Shown here: piece after piece, positions 55,851 through 63,551 of the stretch
Layout of the letters: the number at the start of each line of letters is the position of its first letter
Numbering within the stretch: position 1 is the stretch's first letter
Source: a virus
DNA length: 64,000 nucleotides
Virus record (IMG/VR): IMGVR_UViG_3300025131_009739
Span: 64,001 to 128,000 of that record
Direction: 5' to 3' (one strand)
Program-made: the position numbers and the translations under genes
Notes under the pieces: generated by a model
The model's database searches: none
What the model was told of the DNA's origin: nothing
The model's input: only the letters and a program-made list of their open reading frames with translations

Positions 55851-57182
55851 CTATGCACTCCTAATTGAATCTTCGATGACATTGAATTTTTTGAGATCTT
55901 TGCCTTTAATTGTAATCAAAGGAGCGCTTTCCCATGTTGGGTTTGATTTTCCGCAACCGCTGCCTGCTTTAACGTCTCCCATATTGCTCTTATCAATAAA
56001 GTCATCTTCTGTAAGAATACTGTCATATCTTACTGGAACTTCTGAGTCGCCATAAGTTTTTGAAATAACATTTTGAATAAAACCCTTATCAACGCCACAA
56101 ATGCATGGCATATTTTTCCTAGGATCAAACCACTTAATGTTCAGTCCTCTATTAATGATACCTTCTAGTGGTTCTTCAAAAAAGTTTCCAAGAGATACAT
56201 GTTGATAAGGACATGGCATAACATCGCCATATCTAGAAATTGGAACCATTCTTTTTACAGCAATACACCCGATATCTCTTCCGTAAGATGGTGTCATGTG
56301 TGTGAAAATATCATACTCTTCTTCAAACTTTTGTAGAATAGCTCCTTCCTTCTCTGTCATCATTTGCTCTGTTTGATTTTCAAAGGCGCCAACTGGTTTT
56401 GCATAAACAACATAAGTACCAACTTTCTTCTCCTTTGCAAACTCTAGAAAATCAACCCATTCGTCTGTATAGATTCTATCCTTCCAAATAACAGTTGAAA
56501 GAATAACGTGCAAATCGGCTTCTTTACAAGCATCGATTGCTCTCATAGTTCTATCAAATGATCCCGGCTTGCGCCTAAATGTATCATGAGCTTCGGCAGT
56601 AATACCATCCAAACTCAGCTGTACTTTATCAATGCCTATTTTCTTTAAGTGGCTAGCTTTTTTTACATCCAAATTCCATCCATTGGAATCAATAACCAAA
56701 TAAAATTTTTCTGGATTAATTGCTTCGACCAACTGATCAAAGTCTTTCATAATCAAAGGTTCGCCACCGGTGATCACGAAGTTAGCCAAACCCATTTCAT
56801 CCGCTTCTTTTGAGAGTCTTCTCACATCGTCCATCTCAAATTTTCGTCTGCCAGAAGCCTCTTCCCAGTCTCTAGGAACATAAAATTTATCAATGCAACA
56901 ATGTTCGCAATCCATATTACACATATAATCATATTGAAATTGAATGATAGCAATGCTCTGCCCATTTGCAATCTTTTCAGGATATTTCTTCATTTTTTCA
57001 TATACATATGGTTTATAATTTTTTAACCAAACTTGACGCAAAGACTCATCTTTAACAGTTGTGTTTTGCATCACTTTCCCTTCTGCCATTGCTTGCAGCT
57101 CTTCTTTAGAGTAAACTGGTGCCTGGTCATATTTATTTCCCTCTAATGGGGTTTGAAAAATTGTATCGTGTGAATTAGACAT
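55851..57182 (-). CDS. Radical SAM protein (SPASM/twitch-type C-terminus)
   Basis: 443 aa. Motifs: CNMDCEHC (CxxxCxxC), TGGEP, SNG, QLSLDG..HD.FR, GC.A......YGDVMPCP....GN...C. Confidence 0.88.
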   Translation of the reverse strand: MSNSHDTIFQTPLEGNKYDQAPVYSKEELQAMAEGKVMQNTTVKDESLRQVWLKNYKPYVYEKMKKYPEKIANGQSIAIIQFQYDYMCNMDCEHCCIDKFYVPRDWEEASGRRKFEMDDVRRLSKEADEMGLANFVITGGEPLIMKDFDQLVEAINPEKFYLVIDSNGWNLDVKKASHLKKIGIDKVQLSLDGITAEAHDTFRRKPGSFDRTMRAIDACKEADLHVILSTVIWKDRIYTDEWVDFLEFAKEKKVGTYVVYAKPVGAFENQTEQMMTEKEGAILQKFEEEYDIFTHMTPSYGRDIGCIAVKRMVPISRYGDVMPCPYQHVSLGNFFEEPLEGIINRGLNIKWFDPRKNMPCICGVDKGFIQNVISKTYGDSEVPVRYDSILTEDDFIDKSNMGDVKAGSGCGKSNPTWESAPLITIKGKDLKKFNVIEDSIRSA

Positions 57183-57185
57183 TTA

Positions 57186-57518
57186 TTATTTCCTTACTCC
57201 GCCGCGATATGAGTGGGTTGATAAGTCTGTTTCTTTGGAAGAATTTTCATTTTCTAAGACTTCAATCTTGCTTACAGGCACAAACCATATTTTTCCGCTT
57301 TCGTCTTTTACTCTGTATTGCGGGTTGATTCTTCCTCGAATATCATCTATAAAAACCTCACTTCCTTCAACTAAAGTTGTCGTTGTTCCATCTTTATTTG
57401 CGCTTGCAATGTCTTCAGAAATTACTCCGACGTGATTAATCACTCTCGACCATTTTTTACTATTTTCTTTATGCCAAATTTCTCCTGTGACATTAGATAT
57501 AAATTCTTTTTGTGCCAT
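57186..57518 (-). CDS. Hypothetical protein (possible SH3-like beta-barrel)
   Basis: 110 aa. LVEGSEVFI...QYRVKDESGKIWFVPVSKIEV is an SH3-like strand pattern. It has its own SD (GAGG) and an upstream TAATTAT motif. Confidence 0.5.
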   Translation of the reverse strand: MAQKEFISNVTGEIWHKENSKKWSRVINHVGVISEDIASANKDGTTTTLVEGSEVFIDDIRGRINPQYRVKDESGKIWFVPVSKIEVLENENSSKETDLSTHSYRGGVRK

Positions 57519-57533
57519 CGGCCCTTCCTCTAG

Positions 57534-57540
57534 ATAATTA
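57534..57540 (-). promoter_or_regulatory. Candidate late-promoter motif TAnTTAT (TAATTAT)
   Basis: 15 nt upstream of ATG 57518, inside the sugar cluster. Confidence 0.4.
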
Positions 57541-57573
57541 GTTTGTCTTTAATATAACATATTTACTTTTTTT

Positions 57574-58710
57574 TTAAAAGACTTTTTCTAATCCTGTGTC
57601 TCTCAATATAGAAACCTTTAAAGATTTGTCAAAGTTTTTACGTATCTTTTTAGCTACTTCATCAGAATAACTCGCTGCCATAACAACAACTGCTTCGACC
57701 GGGTTGGTTTCTAGATTTTCTGCAGAGACGATTGGAACGTGTGTAGCAGGAGTATACTTGCCTTGTTTAAACGGGGCGTCATCTACAACATATTTTATTT
57801 TATCTTTTAAGTCTGCTAAAGCAATAACTGCTAATGCCTGATGGCCAGCTCCCCACACTGCCACACTTTCAAAATTATCAACATATTGTTTTATTTCATT
57901 TTTAATATATTCTTGATGTTTTTGAAAATCCGATATATCTAACTTCTTTCTTTTTCTAACGACTGCTGAAATAATATAATCATACCAAATTTCATTACAT
58001 TCAACAACCTCAAGCCCATTGTGAATTAATGCTGCTTCCAAAGTATCTTTTGTAAAATAAAATAAATGGTCATTTATAAATTCTGAAAAAAGTTTATTTT
58101 GTATAATCATGTTGAAATTAGGCACCTCGATAAGACCTATTCCATCATCAGTTAAATTATTTACTATACCTTTAAGGACAATATTTGGATCTGGCAAATG
58201 CTCGAAAAAATTCATTATGAAAAATGCTTCGAAAGGGTGCCCTTGTATAGAATCTTTATCATTTTCAATATATTTTTTTGAAACATTCAAACCATTTGAA
58301 ACGCAATGATCAACTGACTCCTGTGAATATTCTATACCATATGCCTCAACGCCAGATTCATTCATAAGAGATAAATATTCTCCCTTGCCGCAACCAACTT
58401 CTAAAACCTTTTTACCATAAAGATTATATTTTTCTACAAAGTTCTCAAATTGTTTTAACCTGAACTCTCTCATTTCTTCTGAAAACGCTGCAGCTCTTAT
58501 AACCTCTTTATAATATGACACAGGATCATTCATTAGTTGTACTAATCCGCAGCCAGAACACTGGTATACATCTAAATCAACCCCATTGTCATATTGTAGG
58601 GAATCTCTATCTGGCATGTTTTGTGCCGCCTTTGGCATATTTTTATATTGCAAAAGAGGTTCTTCAAAAAGATTATTCTTGCAAACTCTACATTTATTTT
58701 TAGTATTCAA
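57574..58710 (-). CDS. NDP-sugar C-methyltransferase-like protein
   Basis: 378 aa. It has an N-terminal Zn site (CRVC...CSGCGLVQL), LEVGCGKG, FEH, EVP, HLFYF, and a C-terminal WGAGH...VDD...KQGKYTP..HVPI as in sugar C-methyltransferases. Confidence 0.8.
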   Translation of the reverse strand: MNTKNKCRVCKNNLFEEPLLQYKNMPKAAQNMPDRDSLQYDNGVDLDVYQCSGCGLVQLMNDPVSYYKEVIRAAAFSEEMREFRLKQFENFVEKYNLYGKKVLEVGCGKGEYLSLMNESGVEAYGIEYSQESVDHCVSNGLNVSKKYIENDKDSIQGHPFEAFFIMNFFEHLPDPNIVLKGIVNNLTDDGIGLIEVPNFNMIIQNKLFSEFINDHLFYFTKDTLEAALIHNGLEVVECNEIWYDYIISAVVRKRKKLDISDFQKHQEYIKNEIKQYVDNFESVAVWGAGHQALAVIALADLKDKIKYVVDDAPFKQGKYTPATHVPIVSAENLETNPVEAVVVMAASYSDEVAKKIRKNFDKSLKVSILRDTGLEKVF

Positions 58711-59593
58711 ATTTTTTTCCTAATAAAATTTCTTCTTTTAAAATGTGCTTGTTTTCTTCGTACCATTTATACATATTTCTAAGTGAAACATCAATTGGAG
58801 TAAGTGTCAAATCTTTTATTTCGTTTAAAAGTAAAGAATTGTCTCCACTATATTCTCTTCCAGAACCACCAACTGTTATTTCTAAATCTTTTGAAGATAT
58901 CTTTACAACTTTCTCTGCAACTTCTCTCCAAGCAAATGGCCTTCCGTGGCAAACATTGTATACGTTTTTTTTAGGTTTATTTTCTATAAACCATTCTATA
59001 ACCTTAACAAGATCGTCGATATATAAGAAATCATATAAAGAATCTTGTTTAACATGAATTGGCATGCCAAGCGCGGCCTTACTACTAATATTAGAAATAA
59101 AACGATATCTCCAATCATCATATTTTCCAAACACAGCAAAGAGTCTAAGATTGTACACATTGTTGCTCGCTTGAGCATGTTTTGTCATCATATATTTTGA
59201 TAGACCATATTGGTCTTTAGGAACGTGTTTATCAAAATAATCTTCATCCATCAACGACTTCCAGTTGTCGCGATCAAATTCAGCACCAGAACCAAAAAAA
59301 ATCATTTTATCAAAATAGTCTCCACATCTTGCAACATTAGAAAACATCCTTAAGTTCATCTCTAAAACTTTATTTGGTTCTTTTGTAGTAAAATTAGGAG
59401 CAGCATCATAGTTTACAGCATTAATGACCACATCAAAATTATTCTTTTTAATGTAAGAAAAAACACTTTCTGAATCTAAAACATCTAGTTCTTTTCTACC
59501 TGGAGTATAAAAGTCATATTTGTCCTTAAGATTTTCAAATATATTTTTTGCTATAAAACCAGAACCGCCTGTAACCAAAACTTTTTTAGTCAT
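58700..59593 (-). CDS. NAD-dependent epimerase/dehydratase/reductase (extended SDR)
   Basis: Motifs: VLVTGGSGFIA, GSGAEF, YGLSK, LRLFAVFG, DFLYIDDL. Confidence 0.85.
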   Translation of the reverse strand: MTKKVLVTGGSGFIAKNIFENLKDKYDFYTPGRKELDVLDSESVFSYIKKNNFDVVINAVNYDAAPNFTTKEPNKVLEMNLRMFSNVARCGDYFDKMIFFGSGAEFDRDNWKSLMDEDYFDKHVPKDQYGLSKYMMTKHAQASNNVYNLRLFAVFGKYDDWRYRFISNISSKAALGMPIHVKQDSLYDFLYIDDLVKVIEWFIENKPKKNVYNVCHGRPFAWREVAEKVVKISSKDLEITVGGSGREYSGDNSLLLNEIKDLTLTPIDVSLRNMYKWYEENKHILKEEILLGKKFEY

Positions 59594-61370
59594 CGGCAAT
59601 TTTCATATTTGCATTAAATTCTTCTCGATCCAAAAGAGGCAAAAGATCTTCCATTGGTAATGCGATAAACGTGCCATCTTCTCTTTTATGTGTTGAATTT
59701 CTTGGCAAAGTTTCATGAGTGTGCAACATCATAACTTCACAAACAACGGGGCCATCTTCATCTAGCACTTCTTGAACTTGTTCATAAATATTATCTTGGT
59801 CCGTTATCCTAAAATATTTTATACCATAAGAATTAGAAATCTTTTCAAAACTAGGCAAAGTAACTCCACTGTTTTCTCCGCTAGCAAATTCATTTTTAAA
59901 ATGCTTTTCTTGAGAATTCCTTATAGAAACATATCCCCCATTATTTAATACAAAATATTTGATTGGTAAATTTAGTCTTCTAACTGTTTCTAACTCTTGA
60001 ATGTTCATTACAAAGCCGCCGTCTCCGTCGATACAAATAGTATGTCGGCGCTCTCCGGCGATACAGCCGCCAATGGATGCCGCAATACCAAAACCCATTG
60101 CGCCCAGTCCTTCGCTGTTAAATATTCTCATGCCTTTCGTAACTTTAAAAGATTGCATAGTGACTTCACTACAACAGCCTGAACTTCCAGGTATTAACAA
60201 GTCTGTCGGTTTAGCCAAATCAGATAGAACATCTATTAAAACGTAATTGTTGACATGTTCCTTTTGTTCCCAATATTCAGGAACAATAACAGGATATTTA
60301 GCTTGCCATTCTTTGCACTGTTGAAGCCACTTTGGAAATTCATTATTTTTTTGTTCTTTTTGATTCAATGCTTCTTCTATAAAATCTCCAGCATCAAAAT
60401 CTATAGAACAGTCAACATGAAATTGCATTTTTTCAATTTCGGCAGGGTCAATATCAACAATTACTTTCTTTGCTTTTCTTGCAAAGTTTTTGTGGTTAAA
60501 CGCTGTTTGACCATGATCCAATCTTGCACCAATAGATATAAACAAATCGGCAGTTTGTTGAGAAAAATTAGCTCCTCTTTGTGCCGCTAATCCCGGGCGC
60601 CCTACAAAAAGTGGATGTTCTTCTTCCATAAAATCTAACGACTTCCACGTTGTCATGACAGGAATATTTAAGAAATTAGCTAATTCTAAAAATTTCTCTT
60701 CAGCATTTGCAGATCTTATTCCATTGCCGGCAAGAATAACAGGTCTTTTGGAACTGTTTAATAATTCGTAAAAATAAGAAACTTTTTGTTTTAGTTCTTG
60801 CGTTCTATCTTCTTCTGACTCTTGTTCATATGACTTAAGTAAATTTATATCAATCTCTGTTGACTGGATATCAAGAGGTATCTCAATCCATACGGGGCCT
60901 TGACGACCAGTTGTTGCCAAATGCCAAGCTTTTTCTAAAACTGATTTAATATCATAAGGATTTAATACTGTAGTCGCATATTTTGTGATTGGTTTAACAA
61001 TACTGACTACATCTATTTCCTGAAATCCTATTTGTCTTACTTTTTTGTCTCCTCTAACATCTTTACTCTGTACTTGTCCTGAAAAGACAATCACAGGAAT
61101 CGAATCAAGCCATGCTGACGCTATCCCGGTAATAGTGTTCGTTGCTCCCGGGCCGGCAGTAACAAGACAAACTCCCGGCGAGTTATTGTATTGTGCATAT
61201 GCCTCTGCTGCGATGGCTGCTGCTTGTTCGTGCAAAGTACAAACATAATTTATATCACTCTTTCCAACAGAGTCTATTAATGGTAAACAAAAGCCACCAG
61301 AAAGAGTAAAAATGTCTTTAATACCTTTTGTTTCCAAAAATGAAACAACGTAATCTGATAGTTTTGTCAT
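59586..61370 (-). CDS. Thiamine-diphosphate enzyme, acetolactate synthase-like (YerE-like sugar carboligase)
   Basis: 594 aa. Motifs: HEQAA..AAE.Y, TAGPGATN, GFQE, GRQGPVWIEIPLD, GAMGFG, GDGG...NN (TPP motif). The gene is in the sugar cluster. Confidence 0.85.
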   Translation of the reverse strand: MTKLSDYVVSFLETKGIKDIFTLSGGFCLPLIDSVGKSDINYVCTLHEQAAAIAAEAYAQYNNSPGVCLVTAGPGATNTITGIASAWLDSIPVIVFSGQVQSKDVRGDKKVRQIGFQEIDVVSIVKPITKYATTVLNPYDIKSVLEKAWHLATTGRQGPVWIEIPLDIQSTEIDINLLKSYEQESEEDRTQELKQKVSYFYELLNSSKRPVILAGNGIRSANAEEKFLELANFLNIPVMTTWKSLDFMEEEHPLFVGRPGLAAQRGANFSQQTADLFISIGARLDHGQTAFNHKNFARKAKKVIVDIDPAEIEKMQFHVDCSIDFDAGDFIEEALNQKEQKNNEFPKWLQQCKEWQAKYPVIVPEYWEQKEHVNNYVLIDVLSDLAKPTDLLIPGSSGCCSEVTMQSFKVTKGMRIFNSEGLGAMGFGIAASIGGCIAGERRHTICIDGDGGFVMNIQELETVRRLNLPIKYFVLNNGGYVSIRNSQEKHFKNEFASGENSGVTLPSFEKISNSYGIKYFRITDQDNIYEQVQEVLDEDGPVVCEVMMLHTHETLPRNSTHKREDGTFIALPMEDLLPLLDREEFNANMKIADD

Positions 61371-61371
61371 T

Positions 61372-61833
61372 TTAGCTTTTTATTTCTACTAACTCTAAAG
61401 CGCATCTAATGCCAGTACTTGGCGGTACTCTATAACCAAAAAAAGTATGGAAGCTGCTAGCTCCTTCTTCTCCATATGCTAGTCCGGGAGGTATTATTAA
61501 TTTTCTTTTTTCGCCAACTTTCATGTCTAAAAATGCCTCATCAAAACCTTTTATTGAATCACCCTTTTTATATAAATCGTCTTTTGGCGTTTCTTGTCCA
61601 ATAACAAAATCAACAGGACCATTAAAAGGCTTATCTTCATATGTATCATCACAAAGCTCATCTACATATTCTTCGTTTTCATAATCATAATTTGATGTAG
61701 TGGTACCTTTAGAAAAGCATATTTCATAATGAGCTGATACTGTCTGTCCAACAACTGGCTTTTCTCCCGCACCTTCATGAACCTTCTTCATTTTCAAACC
61801 GCTTTGTGTTGCTGGCATATCATCAAAAGTCAT
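61372..61833 (-). CDS. FKBP-type peptidyl-prolyl cis-trans isomerase
   Basis: 153 aa. Motifs: SGLK...EGAG..P..GQTV.AHY, IKGFDEA..DMKVGEKRKLIIPPGLAYG, VPP...ELVEI. Confidence 0.85.
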   Translation of the reverse strand: MTFDDMPATQSGLKMKKVHEGAGEKPVVGQTVSAHYEICFSKGTTTSNYDYENEEYVDELCDDTYEDKPFNGPVDFVIGQETPKDDLYKKGDSIKGFDEAFLDMKVGEKRKLIIPPGLAYGEEGASSFHTFFGYRVPPSTGIRCALELVEIKS

Positions 61834-62029
61834 TGTCTATTTCCTCGTCTAACATATCGTGAACCGTCTTTAGATAACCAAGACATTTTTCAATTTTATC
61901 TTTTAATCTCATGTTTTCTTCTAAAAGCTCACGATATAAATCTCTGTAGTTATCTTTAAACGGAGCAACAGCACCTTCGCTGTACCCTGTTTGATCTACT
62001 ACTTTTTTTGTACCATCAGGTTGGCTCAT
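61823..62029 (-). CDS. Small coiled-coil hypothetical protein
   Basis: 68 aa. A GGAGG SD lies upstream, and the ORF overlaps the FKBP start. Confidence 0.55.
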   Translation of the reverse strand: MSQPDGTKKVVDQTGYSEGAVAPFKDNYRDLYRELLEENMRLKDKIEKCLGYLKTVHDMLDEEIDNDF

Positions 62030-62042
62030 TTTATTCCTCCTA

Positions 62043-63551
62043 TTAAATCCAATGTGTTATAAAAGTCTTTCTATTGTTATTGCTTTGTATCTCTAAGTCT
62101 GTATAATAAGAATCGTTTGTGTAGTGTGTTGAAGAAACTTCTTCAATAACACACCCATTCCTAGTAGCAAACTCATGTCTAACTTCTGGCTCGATAGTAA
62201 CTACATCTCCCTTCTTGAGAGCATGTAACTTTTCATTTAAATATAAGTCGACATCCCCATATAAAACAACAAAAGTTTCTTCCTTCTTTTTGTGATATTG
62301 TTCAGGATGTTTTTGTCCCGGAAGTGCAATAATCAATTTTTTACAATATTCACGGTTGATAACTGTAATCATGGTTATCCCTGTTTCATAAAAATTATCA
62401 ATTCCATAATGATGGGAAATCTCTAAATTTGCTTGGCCGGGGTGAACAACATTTGATTTGGCCAAAAAATTCTTTACTTTTTGAACTATGTTCCAAATTT
62501 TTTCTCTTGTTTCAACTTTATATGCGCTGCCTAGAATAGGTTCATTTATTTCATATGTTCTGTTAGCAATATAATGTGTATATTTTGACATATCATTTGC
62601 TAAAATTTGTTCTGGTTGTGCTGGCCACGCATAAAAAACATTTGTTCGATCAATGGATTCGCCTTCTTCGATTTTTCTTTTGGCAAACGCGCCTCTCTTG
62701 AATTGTCTTAAGTCGCCAAGTTCTTTATCACTATTATTATGACGCTCTCCAGATACTCCACACATTTTTATTGCCTCTGCTGCTGAGTGTAACCACTTTT
62801 TGACTTGTTCTGGAGTAGCAGAATAAGCATTTTTAGAATATTGTTCTGTTTCCAGTGCAACATGTTTTTCAAAAACTTTTACACCTTTAGCAATTGCTAA
62901 TTTAATTACATCAAAATTATTTGGATCTTCGTGAGTCGAAAAACCAATAGTCACGTCCTGATATCTGTCATTGAGAAAATCAATTTGATTTAATTGTAGA
63001 GAATTTACTTTGGTGGGGTATTCTCCAACACAATGCATGATTGCAAATTTCTTATTTCTATTTTTAAAGAAACTGATAACATTGTCTATATCGTTCAAGG
63101 AAGACCCGGCAGTAGACGCAATTGTAGGCAAATTTAATTCTACCACTTTATTTAAAAGTGGCCAATCAGTAAAAGAACAACTTGCAACTTTAATATAATC
63201 GAAATTTAATTTTGCTATTAAATCAACTGACGGCTCGTCAAAAGCAGTACAAATTGTTTTAAAGCCATGATTTTGAGCTTCTGTTTTAAGAAGATTAAAA
63301 TCATCTTCACTCAGCCTCGTTTCTGAAAATCTTTTTACATATTTTAAATCAGTTCTGTCCTTATAATCAGGATGAATAAAAGAATCAATATCCCTAAACT
63401 GAAACTTGACTGCGTATTGAAAAGCTTTTATATTTAATTCGTTTACAATTTCTGAATATTTTCGAATCATATCTAAGCCATGTTGAACATCTCCCATATG
63501 ATTGTTAGCAAATTCAAAAATAAATAAATTTTCAAACTCTACATGTTCCAT
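62043..63551 (-). CDS. neuB: NeuB-family synthase fused to SAF and C-terminal cupin domains
   Basis: The likely start is 63551. Motifs: IFEFANNHMG, VKFQFR, KVASCS, MHCVGEYP, GFSTHE, FEKHV, a SAF segment (KRGAFAKR.I..GE), and a cupin (HPEQYHKKKEETF...H...EEVS). Confidence 0.82.
   Translation of the reverse strand: MEHVEFENLFIFEFANNHMGDVQHGLDMIRKYSEIVNELNIKAFQYAVKFQFRDIDSFIHPDYKDRTDLKYVKRFSETRLSEDDFNLLKTEAQNHGFKTICTAFDEPSVDLIAKLNFDYIKVASCSFTDWPLLNKVVELNLPTIASTAGSSLNDIDNVISFFKNRNKKFAIMHCVGEYPTKVNSLQLNQIDFLNDRYQDVTIGFSTHEDPNNFDVIKLAIAKGVKVFEKHVALETEQYSKNAYSATPEQVKKWLHSAAEAIKMCGVSGERHNNSDKELGDLRQFKRGAFAKRKIEEGESIDRTNVFYAWPAQPEQILANDMSKYTHYIANRTYEINEPILGSAYKVETREKIWNIVQKVKNFLAKSNVVHPGQANLEISHHYGIDNFYETGITMITVINREYCKKLIIALPGQKHPEQYHKKKEETFVVLYGDVDLYLNEKLHALKKGDVVTIEPEVRHEFATRNGCVIEEVSSTHYTNDSYYTDLEIQSNNNRKTFITHWI

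Noticed and set aside
142-63198. Numerous short plus-strand ORFs and nested alternative-frame minus-strand ORFs in the track
   Set aside because: All overlap long, coupled minus-strand genes. They lack recognisable motifs and are the expected shadow ORFs.
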